DNA of 64,000 bases from assembly GCA_965223905.1 (NCBI GenBank), contig CBDCXV010000001.1, positions 672,001-736,000 on the forward strand, written 5' to 3'. Below, piece by piece: positions 1 through 9,442 of this stretch. Position numbers and translations under genes: made by a program. Within the stretch, counting starts at the first letter, position 1; every line of letters begins with the position of its first letter. The DNA comes from Candidatus Latescibacterota bacterium (GTDB taxonomy: Bacteria > Latescibacterota > UBA2968 > UBA8231). The notes under the pieces were generated by a model that saw only the letters and a program-made list of their open reading frames with translations, had not been told where the DNA came from and made no database searches.

Positions 1-1220
1 CTGACCACGCCCGAGGACAGTCCGTAGGGGGTGTCGTTGCCGATGCGGATCGCCTCGTCGAGGGAGGAGACGCGGATGACCGGCGCCACCGGGCCGAAGG
101 TCTCCCGGGCCACCAGCTCGCAGGCGGGATCGACCCGGTCGAGGGCGGTCGGGAAATAGAGCGCGCCTTCCCGCCGGTGGCCTGCCAGCAACTCGGCGCC
201 GCGGCCGAGGCAGTCCTCCACCCGCGCCTCGATGCCGCGGGCGGCTTCTTCGGAAATCACCGTGCCGACATCGGTCTCCTCTTCATACGGGTCGCCGCAG
301 CCCAGTTGCGAAACCGCCTCCGCCAGGGCCGCGGAAAAACGGTCGGCAATCCGCTCGTCGACGACGATGCGGCGGATCGCCGTGCAGCGCTGCCCGCTGT
401 TTTTGAAGATACCGGCGACGGCGATTCCAGCCGCGGTTTCAGGGTCGGCATCGGCGAGCACGAGCAGCGGTGAGCTGCCGCCCAGCTCGAGCACCAGCCG
501 CTTGTACCCGGCGAGGGCGGCGATGCGGCGGCCGGTGGCGCTGCTGCCGGTGAAGGTCACCATGTCGACGAGGTCGTGGGCGACCAGGCGCTCCGCCACC
601 CCGCTGACCGGGCCGTTGAAGACCGCCAGCGACTGCGGCGGCAGCCCGCACTCGAACGCCAGCTCGGCCAGGTAGTAGGCCGACAGCGGCGTTTTCTCCG
701 ACGGCTTCAGCAGCACCGTGTTATTGGTCGCGATCGCCGGCGCGATCTTGTGGGCGACCTGGTTCATCGGGTGGTTGAACGGGGTGATCGCAGCGATCGC
801 GCGGAATGGGTAGCGGGAAGTGTAGATGCGCCGCGGGCGCCCCTGGGCGGAGACGTCGCACGGGAACACCTCGGAATCGTCCTGGAGCGCCGCCATCGCC
901 GAGAAACGCAGTGCCTCGCAGACGCGCAGCGCTTCGTAGCGGGTGTCCTTCAGGGACAGCCCGGACTCGTCCGTTATCATGCGGCTGATTACATCGCTGC
1001 GCTCCTCGACGGCGGCCGCCATCCGCATCAGCACGTCGCTGCGCTCTCGCCGGCTCAGGCGCACATCGGCGGCGTGGACCTGCTCGACGATCTCGTCGAC
1101 GCGCCCGGGATCGAGAGAGGCGACCCTTCCGACCGGCTCCGACGTGTACGGGTTGCGCACGTCGATCCACTCGCCGCTCGGTTGCTGCTGCCCGCCGATG
1201 ATGCTGCCGTATTCACGCAT
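1..1220 (-). CDS. phnY: Phosphonoacetaldehyde dehydrogenase (aldehyde dehydrogenase family); 3' end runs off the window
   Basis: Manual translation from ATG 1220 (MREYGSIIGG...) gives ALDH motifs AITPFNHPMNQVAHKIAPAIATNN, LKPSEKTPLSA, FTGSSATG, LELGG and FKNSGQRCTA; lies directly downstream of phnA. Confidence 0.88.
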   Translation of the reverse strand, partial: MREYGSIIGGQQQPSGEWIDVRNPYTSEPVGRVASLDPGRVDEIVEQVHAADVRLSRRERSDVLMRMAAAVEERSDVISRMITDESGLSLKDTRYEALRVCEALRFSAMAALQDDSEVFPCDVSAQGRPRRIYTSRYPFRAIAAITPFNHPMNQVAHKIAPAIATNNTVLLKPSEKTPLSAYYLAELAFECGLPPQSLAVFNGPVSGVAERLVAHDLVDMVTFTGSSATGRRIAALAGYKRLVLELGGSSPLLVLADADPETAAGIAVAGIFKNSGQRCTAIRRIVVDERIADRFSAALAEAVSQLGCGDPYEEETDVGTVISEEAARGIEARVEDCLGRGAELLAGHRREGALYFPTALDRVDPACELVARETFGPVAPVIRVSSLDEAIRIGNDTPYGLSSGVV

Positions 1221-1362
1221 GGGTCCTACCTCGGAATGCCCGCGACGTGGAAGGTTGCGCGTTCCGACCGCGGGGTTGCAGCTGGTCTTTCACCGTTGGG
1301 TTGCTGCTGCCGGCGCCGGGTGCCTCTGCCCCTTCGGTTCGGCAAGGCCATGAGACAGCAGA

Positions 1363-2577
1363 CTAGCCCTCGACGCCGCTGCAGAGGGCGTCGAAGAGGT
1401 CGAAGTTGCGCATCCGGTTGCCGGCGAGGCGCTCGCGGTAGCGGCTCTTCAGAGGGCGGTTGACGATGAAGGGGACGGTCGCTTCGTGAAGCCCTCCGTG
1501 CGACCTGAGCCCCGTCCCGACGCTGGACAAATCGTGCCACTCCGGGGTCTTGCCGAGCACGGTGCCGCGGTCCGCCAGCAGCACGAGATCGCCGATGAGG
1601 TCGGGGGGCAGCGCGAACTCGGCGGCCGCCTCCTGTTTGGCGAGGACGCGCTCGACTCCCGGCACCTGTGCGAGCAGGGCGCGCGCCCGGGGGAGGTCCG
1701 CGGCCCCGAGATAAACGGTCGCGTACGACCCCAGGGCGCCGTGGTGGACGACGTACGGGTCGGTGACCGGCAGGATCACGCGCGCCTCGAGGCCGGCGGC
1801 TTCGAGAAGGCTTCCGAGGTACTGGACGTTCGGCGAGCCGTCGGCCCGTGTCTTGTCGTTCATGCCGTGGTCCGCGGTGATGCCGACGACGGCGCCGCAG
1901 TCGTGCAACTCGCCGAGGAAGACGTCGAGGCGGCGGTAGAAATCGGCCGCTTCGGGCGCCCCCGGCGCGAACTTGTGCTGCACGAAGTCGGTCGTCGACA
2001 GGTACATCAGGTCGATCTCCCCCCGCTGCAGCAGGCGCGCCCCCGCTTCGAGGCAGAAGACGCTCGCCTCGGGATCGTAGATGCCGGGGTTTTCGCGCCC
2101 CACCAGGCCGAGGACGTCGCCGATGCCGTTCTCCGCCTCGGTGACCGCTTCGGCGCGCTCGACCGAAAAGCTGATTCCGCGCAGGCCGTGGCCGAGAAAG
2201 CGGCGCAGCTTCTCCTTGGTGGTGATCGCCGCCACCCTGGCGCCCGCCTCGCTGAAGGCCCCGGGAATGGTCCGGGCGCGCAGGTCCTGCGGGTCGTCCA
2301 TCATGACCTCGCGTCCGTTGGCCTCGTCGTAGTAGTAGTTGCCGCAGATGCCGTTGACGTCCGGGGTGGTTCCGGTGAGGATGGCGACGTTGTTCGGGTT
2401 GGTGTAGGAGGGAATGACCGCCTGCGCCAGGCCGGAGCAGCCGGCGGCGATCAGCTCCTGCAGGTTCGGCATGGAGCCCGCGGCCGCCTCGAGGTAGGCC
2501 GGGTCGCAGCCGTCGATGCAGATACCGACGACCGGCGCTGCCGGCAGATTGTAGTCGCGGCCGTTTACTGTGGGCAT
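1363..2577 (-). CDS. phnA: Phosphonoacetate hydrolase
   Basis: MPTVNGRDYNLP..VVGICIDGCDPAYL, IPSYTNPNNVAILTG, MYLSTTDFVQHK, TADHGMN, DPYVVHHGALGS, LRSHGG: alkaline-phosphatase-superfamily PhnA pattern. Confidence 0.93.
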   Translation of the reverse strand: MPTVNGRDYNLPAAPVVGICIDGCDPAYLEAAAGSMPNLQELIAAGCSGLAQAVIPSYTNPNNVAILTGTTPDVNGICGNYYYDEANGREVMMDDPQDLRARTIPGAFSEAGARVAAITTKEKLRRFLGHGLRGISFSVERAEAVTEAENGIGDVLGLVGRENPGIYDPEASVFCLEAGARLLQRGEIDLMYLSTTDFVQHKFAPGAPEAADFYRRLDVFLGELHDCGAVVGITADHGMNDKTRADGSPNVQYLGSLLEAAGLEARVILPVTDPYVVHHGALGSYATVYLGAADLPRARALLAQVPGVERVLAKQEAAAEFALPPDLIGDLVLLADRGTVLGKTPEWHDLSSVGTGLRSHGGLHEATVPFIVNRPLKSRYRERLAGNRMRNFDLFDALCSGVEG

Positions 2578-2578
2578 T

Positions 2579-3646
2579 TCAGCACTCCTCGGCGCGCACC
2601 GCGATCCGGTGCCAGGCCCGGGATTCCGCCGCGGCGAACGCTTCATCGAGCCGCGACAGCGGATAGGGGGAGGGGGAGACGAGCCGTTCGTACGGATGGG
2701 TGGCCGCGGTCGCTTCGAGGAACCGCAGCGCTTCATGGAGATGCCGGGGGCTGTAGTTGTGGACGCCGCGCAGGGTCAGGCACTTGCGGATGATCTGCTC
2801 CCCCGTCAGCTGCAGGGCGCTGCGGGGGTGCACCATGCCGGCGAGAAGCAGCCATCCCCCGGTGCGCACGAGGTCAACGCCTTCCGGCAGAAGCGAGGGG
2901 TCGCCCGCGGCCTCGATGACGGCGTCGGGGCCGTGCGGGCAGCGGTCGCGGACAGTCGCCGTCCTCTCTTCGGGACTCGCCCCGAGAGGGGTGGCGCCGA
3001 AGGATGGGGCCAGCGCCAGCCGTCCCGGGTCGGCGTCCCAGCAGAACAGGTGGCGGACGCCGCGCTGCCGCAGCAGCGCGCACAGGTACAGACCGAGGAG
3101 GCCGGCTCCCTGGACCAGGGCGCTTTCGTAGGACCCGGGCAGCTGCGAAACGACGTTTACCGCGGTCGCCAGGACGCAGTTGGCCGGGGCGACCGCGGCG
3201 TCGCTCAGCGATTCAGGCACCGCGACTGCCTCGGTGCCCGGGCGCAGCAGGATGTGGGAGGCGTAGCAGCCGCTCGCGCCTCCCTCGGCGAGCGAGGCGT
3301 GCCCGTACTTGAACAGGGACTCGCACTTCTCCGGCAAGCCGTACCCGGTTTAGAAGGCGCAAGCGCCGCAGTTGTCGACGAGGGACCAGGTCACGCGCGT
3401 CCCGGCCGCGAGGTTCCGGCCGGTCCCGGCGGCGGCGACCGTCCCGACCCCCTCGTGTCCGAGCACCGCCGGGACCGGCTGGGAGCGGGTGCCGCGCACC
3501 GTGTGCAGGTCGGAGCCGCAGATCGTCGCGAGATCGAGCCGCACCAGGACCTCGCCCGCGGCCGGCTCCGGCAACGGCAGGCGGCGCAGCTCGAAACCGC
3601 GGTCCGGTCCCCGGAACACCTGTATCACAGCTTCGGTCGAAGGCAC
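2579..3646 (-). pseudogene. Zn-dependent alcohol dehydrogenase (phosphonate-catabolism-associated, HpnZ-like) with an in-frame TAA at 3350-3352
   Basis: Two ORFs in the same frame: ICGSDLH and GHEGVG catalytic Zn motifs, DNCGACAF*TGYGLPEKC structural Zn motif broken by the stop, GAGLLG Rossmann motif, LRGVHNY. Confidence 0.8.
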
Positions 3647-3716
3647 GGTAAGTTTGCTCTATGCTGGATTTGGGTCGTCGCGGCTGCCCTGTGGCACGCC
3701 GGCGGGAACAGGGCCC

Positions 3717-4448
3717 TTACGGCTTGCGCCAGTAGGCCTCGAGCCGGTCCTGCGGCTCGAACCCGAGCAGCCGCCGCGCCTTGGCGTTGGAGTACTTGCC
3801 GTGCGGCAGGTCCGCGGTGACGAAGAAGGCCTCGTTGCGGCTCGGAAGGGTCGCGAGGTCGACCTCGAGAGCCAGCCTGATGGCCAGCCCGGCGTCGCGC
3901 CAACTGACGGTGAACGGGTTGAGGTCGCCGCCCACCTGGTCAGCGGGAGCCTCGTGGGAGCGGAAGTTGAGGAACAGCATGCAGAGGACGTGGATCGGGT
4001 GGTTGGCGGCGAACAGGCGGCAGATCTCCTGGCCCGCGGATTTCGACAGGGCGTAGACGCAGTCGGAGCCGGAGTGCGCCGGTACCTCCTCGGGAATGCC
4101 GAAATCGAACTCGTGGTAGAAGCTGCCGGTCACCGTGAAGTGCGGGCCGGTGTTGACGAACCGCGGCATGCCGAGCTCGACCGCGGCGCGCACCGCGTTC
4201 CAGGTGCCCAGGGTGTTGACGTCGAAGGCGACCTTGCGATGGGGACGCAGCACCGAGCAGTTGACGATGACGTCCGTGCCCTCGGCGGCCGCCATCACCT
4301 GGCCGAAGTCGGCGACGTCGACCTTCATCGTCTCGTGGGGGGAGTCGATGCCGACAATGTCGGTGAGCCTGAGGTCGCAGCGCCCTTCGAGCTCCTTCAC
4401 GACCCAGGGGCCCAGCATCCCGTGGGCGCCGAGTATCAGGACCTTCAT
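3717..4448 (-). CDS. NAD(P)-dependent epimerase/dehydratase family (extended SDR, uronate-dehydrogenase-like)
   Basis: MKVLILGAHGMLG, FDVNTLGTWN, intact YALSK (YxxxK), KARRLLGFEP. Confidence 0.85.
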   Translation of the reverse strand: MKVLILGAHGMLGPWVVKELEGRCDLRLTDIVGIDSPHETMKVDVADFGQVMAAAEGTDVIVNCSVLRPHRKVAFDVNTLGTWNAVRAAVELGMPRFVNTGPHFTVTGSFYHEFDFGIPEEVPAHSGSDCVYALSKSAGQEICRLFAANHPIHVLCMLFLNFRSHEAPADQVGGDLNPFTVSWRDAGLAIRLALEVDLATLPSRNEAFFVTADLPHGKYSNAKARRLLGFEPQDRLEAYWRKP

Positions 4449-5140
4449 GCGAAGTTGTGCCGCGGCTCGAAGCCGAGAGCGGTCCGGGCGGCGTCGATGC
4501 GGAAGCGCGCTCGCGGGGAGGAGGACTGCACATGGAGGATCTCGAAGGCAGGGGCTCCGGCCGGGCGTCCGACCGCGGCGGCGATGGCGCGGGCGGCGTC
4601 CGACAGCTCGAGCCACATCGGGTCGTACGGCTGCCCTTCGGCCTCGGCGGCCTCGACCAGGTGGCCGAGCCGGAGGCAGGTGCAGGCGAAGCGCCCTTCC
4701 TGGGCGAACTCCTCGGCGACGAACTCCCCGAGGTAGATGCCGAGCTGTTCCGGGTCCGTCGACGGCAGCGGCCGCCATGTCTCGCCCACCACCATCTCTT
4801 CGTCGTAGGGCAGGAACAGGTCGAGGGTGCTGATGTAGATGAGGCGGCCGACTCCTGCCTCGGCCGCGGCGAGGAAGAGGTTGTAGGCGCACCGCGTGCC
4901 GGCGTCGATCCAGTCCTCGGCGGCCGGCTGCGGACCCGGATCGGGGATGTGGACGATAGCCTCGATTCCGCACACCAGGCGATCGGTGGCGCTGCCGTGC
5001 CCGAGCTGCGACTGCACGAACTCGCAGTCGGTGCGGATGCGGGAGCGGTGGCTGAGCCGCAACTCGTGGCCGGCCGCCTGCAGCTCCGGCGTCAGGCCGC
5101 GGCCGAGCCGGCTGCCGGCGTTGGTAACCAGGACCTTCAC
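4445..5140 (-). CDS. Degenerate NAD-dependent epimerase/dehydratase paralog
   Basis: SDR-like fold (VLVTNAGSRLG, LIYIST, ARTALGFEP) but no YxxxK; ATGA overlap with the downstream SDR. Confidence 0.75.
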   Translation of the reverse strand: MKVLVTNAGSRLGRGLTPELQAAGHELRLSHRSRIRTDCEFVQSQLGHGSATDRLVCGIEAIVHIPDPGPQPAAEDWIDAGTRCAYNLFLAAAEAGVGRLIYISTLDLFLPYDEEMVVGETWRPLPSTDPEQLGIYLGEFVAEEFAQEGRFACTCLRLGHLVEAAEAEGQPYDPMWLELSDAARAIAAAVGRPAGAPAFEILHVQSSSPRARFRIDAARTALGFEPRHNFA

Positions 5141-5146
5141 GTTCGG

Positions 5147-6628
5147 CTACAGGATCTGCTGGTCGATGTTCATCGGTACCATGTCGTGAATGTCGCTGTC
5201 GTCGAGAGCGGTCGGGGACTGCATCTCGACCTGCGCCGACCGGTGCAGGTCGCGGATGGAGCGGCAGCCTGCGGTCGCCAGGGTCGAGCGCAGGATCTGC
5301 AGCACCAGCGGGAGCTTCTCGTAGATCGAGCCGAGGTGGGGGACGTATCCGGTGATTCCCTCTTCGAAGAAGAGGTCCTGCAGCTGTGCGTAGCGGCGTT
5401 GATTGCGGGCCTTGCTGCTGCCCTCCATCCAGTACTCCTTGACGATCTCGCCGCCGGCGTTGCGGACCAGGTTGCCCACGCTTTCGGTGTAGCGGGCGAA
5501 GAAGTTGCCCATCATCAGCGCGTCCGCTCCCAGCGCCAGCGCCACCGACATCTCTGCGGGGCCGCTGATGCCGCCGTCGGCGATCAGCGGAATGTAGCGT
5601 CCTTCCTTTTCGAACAGGGCGTCGCGCACCGGGGCGATGTCCATCAGCGTCGTGGCCTGCCCGCGGCCGGTCGCCTTGACCTCCATCGTCGTGCATCCCG
5701 AGCCGATGCCCATCCCGACCTTGACGGCATCGGCCCCGGCGCCGACGAGAAACTCGAACCCCTTGGAGGTGATCACGTTGCCGGCGATCACCGGGACGTC
5801 GTAGCTGCTTTTGATCCACTCGAGCATCTGGCGCTGGAAATGCGTGTGCCCGTCCGAGGCGTCGATGACGAGGACGTCGACCTCGCGCTCGACGAGACTC
5901 TGCACCCGCTCGCGGTCCTCGGGGTGGGTGGAGACCGCGGCCCCGACGAGCAGGCGTTTCTTGCTGTCGATCGATTCGTTGGGGTGCTCGAGGTGCTTGT
6001 CGAGGTCTCTCTTGAAGACCACGGACTGCAGGATGCCGTCCTTGTCGATGATCGGCAGGAAACCGCGGCCGTACTTGATCATCAGCTCGTTCGCTTCCTT
6101 GAGGTCGGCGATGTCGACCCCGGCCTGGACGTCCCGGCGCATCCGCTCCCCCACGGTGCAGGCGTGGTCGCCGCGCACGTCGAAGTCCTTGTCCGTGATG
6201 ATGCCGAGGAGGCGGCCGTGAAAGGTGCCGCTGTCCGTTACGGGAAAGGTCGAGTACCCGGTGTCCCGGATGATTTCGATGACGTCGGCTATCACGTGCC
6301 GGGGGGACAAGGTCATGATGTTGGTCTGAAAGCCGGCCTTGAAGCGCTTGACCACGTCGATCTTTCCGCTCTGCTCCTCCATCGTCTGGCTCACCGGCAG
6401 GATGCCGATGCCGCCGAGCTGCGAGATCGCGATCGCCATCTCGGCGCCGGTCACTGCCTGCATGGCGGCGCTGAGGAACGGCGTCTTCAGCTTGAGGAAG
6501 CCGTCGCCGCGGGCGCACAGGGGCGTCCCGAGATCGACGTTGAGGGCATTGCCGTCCGGCGGCGTGTACCCGGGCAGAATGCGGAACTCTCTGAGGCTGT
6601 GGGAGGGACGGTTGAGAATCTGCGCCAT
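5147..6628 (-). CDS. guaB: IMP dehydrogenase with CBS pair
   Basis: PFLSAAMQAVT, GIITDKD (CBS), VIDASDGH, VKVGMGIGSGCTT catalytic Cys loop, IADGGI, YWMEGS. Confidence 0.93.
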   Translation of the reverse strand: MAQILNRPSHSLREFRILPGYTPPDGNALNVDLGTPLCARGDGFLKLKTPFLSAAMQAVTGAEMAIAISQLGGIGILPVSQTMEEQSGKIDVVKRFKAGFQTNIMTLSPRHVIADVIEIIRDTGYSTFPVTDSGTFHGRLLGIITDKDFDVRGDHACTVGERMRRDVQAGVDIADLKEANELMIKYGRGFLPIIDKDGILQSVVFKRDLDKHLEHPNESIDSKKRLLVGAAVSTHPEDRERVQSLVEREVDVLVIDASDGHTHFQRQMLEWIKSSYDVPVIAGNVITSKGFEFLVGAGADAVKVGMGIGSGCTTMEVKATGRGQATTLMDIAPVRDALFEKEGRYIPLIADGGISGPAEMSVALALGADALMMGNFFARYTESVGNLVRNAGGEIVKEYWMEGSSKARNQRRYAQLQDLFFEEGITGYVPHLGSIYEKLPLVLQILRSTLATAGCRSIRDLHRSAQVEMQSPTALDDSDIHDMVPMNIDQQIL

Positions 6629-6865
6629 CGGCGGCCTCTCGGTGGTGGACGCGCGCGGGCGTGCGGTGGGGCGGGATGGCGGAGCCGAAAGCGGCTCCGC
6701 GACAACAGGTAAGGGGCAGAAAATAGCGGGGGGAACCGCTTTGTTCAAATGGGGTTCCGCCGTTATGTTCTGAAAGACAACGGCTCGCGGCGCCATGGCG
6801 GACCGCGATTTTCCGCGGATCCTTTCAGCCGCCGCAGAGTCGTACTCGAGAAGGAGGAAAAGGGA

Positions 6866-7120
6866 ATGTTTTACAGTCGATACTATCCCGGGAACAGCTC
6901 CGGCGGCCGCCTGACCGGCTTCGTCATCGGATGTTTCGCCGGATTCGTGGTCGGCAGCGCCCTCGGGGTGCTGCTGGCGCCCCACCGCGGCGATATCACC
7001 CGCCGCAAGATTTCCCGCCGCGCCGAAGAGACGAAGGACCAGGTCGTCGAGAAGGTGGAAGACCTGATGGTTCACCGCAGGGAGGAAGAGGCCGATGACG
7101 AGGAAAAGGCAACTAGCTGA
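6866..7120 (+). CDS. YtxH domain-containing small membrane protein
   Basis: SD AAGGAGG upstream; FAGFVVGSALGVLLAPHRGDITRRKI matches the YtxH pattern. Confidence 0.8.
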   Translation: MFYSRYYPGNSSGGRLTGFVIGCFAGFVVGSALGVLLAPHRGDITRRKISRRAEETKDQVVEKVEDLMVHRREEEADDEEKATS

Positions 7121-7430
7121 CGCCCTCAGGGAGGGCCTCGCCGGCGCCGCGGAGCGCGGCCGCGTTCTCGGTCAGGCGCTGAAGGTCCGCGCCGACATCG
7201 CCGCTTCCCGGCGCCAGCTGAAGACCACCTTCGGCGAGCTGGGGAAGCACGTGTACTCCAGCATCAAGGCCGGCGATCTGCCGGCCGCGGCCGGCGCCGA
7301 AGGGGACGAGGTGGTGCTGGCGTACACTCAGCGGATCGACGGCTGCAAGGCCCACATCCGGTTGAAGGAGGCGGAGCTGCGGGAGATCGTGCGATCGGGA
7401 GCGCGGGAGAAAGGCGAGCCGGAGAGCTGA
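7095..7430 (+). CDS. Hypothetical helical/coiled-coil protein
   Basis: ORF overlapping the YtxH gene end, with a GAGG SD and typical codon usage. Confidence 0.6.
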   Translation: MTRKRQLADALREGLAGAAERGRVLGQALKVRADIAASRRQLKTTFGELGKHVYSSIKAGDLPAAAGAEGDEVVLAYTQRIDGCKAHIRLKEAELREIVRSGAREKGEPES

Positions 7431-7462
7431 ATGCGAACCCCGTACGACAAGGAGGGCAACAG

Positions 7463-7558
7463 GTGCGCTTCCTTTGCGGCATGATGGTCGGTTTCTGCCT
7501 CGGCCTGATGCTGCTCAGCTGCCTGATCGAGTGCCTGGAGTGCGACCGGGCTGACTGA
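7463..7558 (+). CDS. Putative 31-aa hydrophobic Cys-rich peptide MRFLCGMMVGFCLGLMLLSCLIECLECDRAD
   Basis: Strong SD AAGGAGG about 7 nt before GTG; GxxxGxxxG transmembrane segment; too short for the ORF track. Confidence 0.45.
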   Translation: MRFLCGMMVGFCLGLMLLSCLIECLECDRAD

Positions 7559-7657
7559 GCAGCCGGCCAGCCTGCCGCGGCCGCAACGGCGACCCTCTAT
7601 TTTTGCCCTGGTTCAAACCTCGACCAGGGCCGCACCGGACCGGCACTTCCGGCGCGG

Positions 7658-9442
7658 CTACCCTCCAATCGCGCTGCTGCTCAAGCGGTACAGCCGCGCG
7701 TAGATCCCCCCCTGCTTGACCAGCTCCTCGTGGCGTCCGCGCTCGCGAATTTCCCCTTGGTGCAGCACCAGGATGTGGTCGGCATTGCGGATCGTCGACA
7801 GGCGATGGGCGATGACGATGGCGGTGCGCCCGGACATGACCTTGGCGATCGCCTCCTGCACCAGCCTCTCGGTTTCCGTATCGATACTGGCCGTGGCCTC
7901 GTCGAGAACGAGGATCTCCGGGTCGACCGCCAGGGCGCGGGCGAATGACAGCAGTTGGCGCTCGCCCGCGGACAGGCTCGATCCCCCCTCGGCGATCGCT
8001 TGGGAGAACCCGTTCGCCAGGCGCTCGACGAAGCGGTCGGCGTTGACGTAGCGGGCCGCGGCGACCGCGGCCTCCATGCTCGTCCGCGAGGGATCGACCC
8101 GGATGTTGCCGGTGACGTCCCCGCTGAACAGGAAGACGTCCTGCTGGACGATGCCGATGCGCCGCCGCAGGGCCTCGACGTCCCAGTCCCTCACGTCCAC
8201 CCCGTCGACGCGAATCGCCCCCGACTCTATCTCGTAGAACCGGCACAGCAGGTTGACGAGGGTCGTCTTGCCGGACCCGGTGGCGCCGACCACGGCGAGG
8301 CTCTCGCCGGCGTGAACCCGGAAGGAGACGTCCTTGAGGACGTATCCCTCGGCATCCGGGTCGTAGCGAAACCAGACGCGGTCGAACTCGATGACGCTGT
8401 CGCCGCCGCGGTCCCCGGCCAGCCGCGGTCCGCTGCGCTCCGTGCCGGTATCGAGGAGCTCGAAGATCCGTTCCGAGGCGGCCATGGCGCTCTGCAGCAG
8501 GGCGTAGCGGTCGCTGATGTCCATGATCGGCCGGAAGAAGCGGCGAATGTACTGGAGGAAGGCGACCAGCACCCCGACGTCGATGCGCTCCTGCAACACC
8601 GAGCCGGCCCCGTACCAGATCACCAGGCCCATGCCCGCGGTGCCGACGAACTCGGCGAACGGAAAGAAGATGGCGAAGTAGTGGATCTCGCGGTCCTGGG
8701 CGTCGCGGTAGGGCAGGTGCTCGCCGTCGAGCTCCCGCAGGTTGCGGTCCCCCCGGTTGAACAGCTGCACGACCTCGATCCCGGTGATGTTCTCCTGCAG
8801 GTAGGCGTTGAGCCGCGCCAGGCGGCGGCGCAGCTCGCGGAACGCCTTCATCGCCATCCCCTGCAGGTAGAAGGTCGCCACCGCCAGCACCGGGATCACC
8901 GCGCACGAGACCAGGGTCAACTGCCAGTCCATGTCCGCCATGAAGGCGATGATGGCGATCACCGTGAAGATGTCGAGGAAAACCTGGACCGCCCCCTCGG
9001 TGAAGAACTCGTTGAGCGCCTCGACGTCGTTGGTCGTCCGCGTCATCGTGCGTCCGACCGGGGTGCGGTCGAAGTAGCGCAGCGGCAGTCTCTGCAGGTG
9101 GGCGAATATCTCGCGGCGCAGATCGCGCATCACGAACTGCCCGGTCAGCTCGGTAACGAGGGTCTGCGCCAGGCGCGAGGCGTACTGGAGAACGAGCGAG
9201 GCGAAGAAGAGGCCGGCGATCCACTGCAGACCGCTCCAGTCTCCTTTGAGGATGTGGTCGTCGACGCCGATCTGGGTGAGGCGGGGCCCGATCTGGAAGG
9301 AGAACGCCTCGACCACGATGAGCGCCAGGGCGGCGGCGACGCGCAGCTTGTAGGCGCGCAGGTAGGAGAGCAGCCGCAGCATCAGGCGCAGGTCGAACGG
9401 GCGTTCCTCGGCCTCCTCCCTCTGTCCCGCAGGCAGGCTCAC
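7658..9442 (-). CDS. ABC exporter ATP-binding/permease subunit (heterodimer partner)
   Basis: TM domain plus GATGSGKTT, degenerate signature LSAGERQ, canonical ILVLDEAT, IAHRLST. Confidence 0.92.
   Translation of the reverse strand: MSLPAGQREEAEERPFDLRLMLRLLSYLRAYKLRVAAALALIVVEAFSFQIGPRLTQIGVDDHILKGDWSGLQWIAGLFFASLVLQYASRLAQTLVTELTGQFVMRDLRREIFAHLQRLPLRYFDRTPVGRTMTRTTNDVEALNEFFTEGAVQVFLDIFTVIAIIAFMADMDWQLTLVSCAVIPVLAVATFYLQGMAMKAFRELRRRLARLNAYLQENITGIEVVQLFNRGDRNLRELDGEHLPYRDAQDREIHYFAIFFPFAEFVGTAGMGLVIWYGAGSVLQERIDVGVLVAFLQYIRRFFRPIMDISDRYALLQSAMAASERIFELLDTGTERSGPRLAGDRGGDSVIEFDRVWFRYDPDAEGYVLKDVSFRVHAGESLAVVGATGSGKTTLVNLLCRFYEIESGAIRVDGVDVRDWDVEALRRRIGIVQQDVFLFSGDVTGNIRVDPSRTSMEAAVAAARYVNADRFVERLANGFSQAIAEGGSSLSAGERQLLSFARALAVDPEILVLDEATASIDTETERLVQEAIAKVMSGRTAIVIAHRLSTIRNADHILVLHQGEIRERGRHEELVKQGGIYARLYRLSSSAIGG

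Noticed and set aside
3350-3352. Stop-codon reassignment or selenocysteine at the ADH Cys position
   Set aside because: The codon is TAA, not TGA, and TAA terminates other genes here (e.g. ends at 44057, 44911 and 55709)
3717-6518. 933-aa ORF in the track and many other long overlapping or antisense ORFs
   Set aside because: These are GC-rich shadow frames with Arg/Pro/Gly-biased sequence; only the last 243 aa (SDR) of this ORF has recognisable motifs
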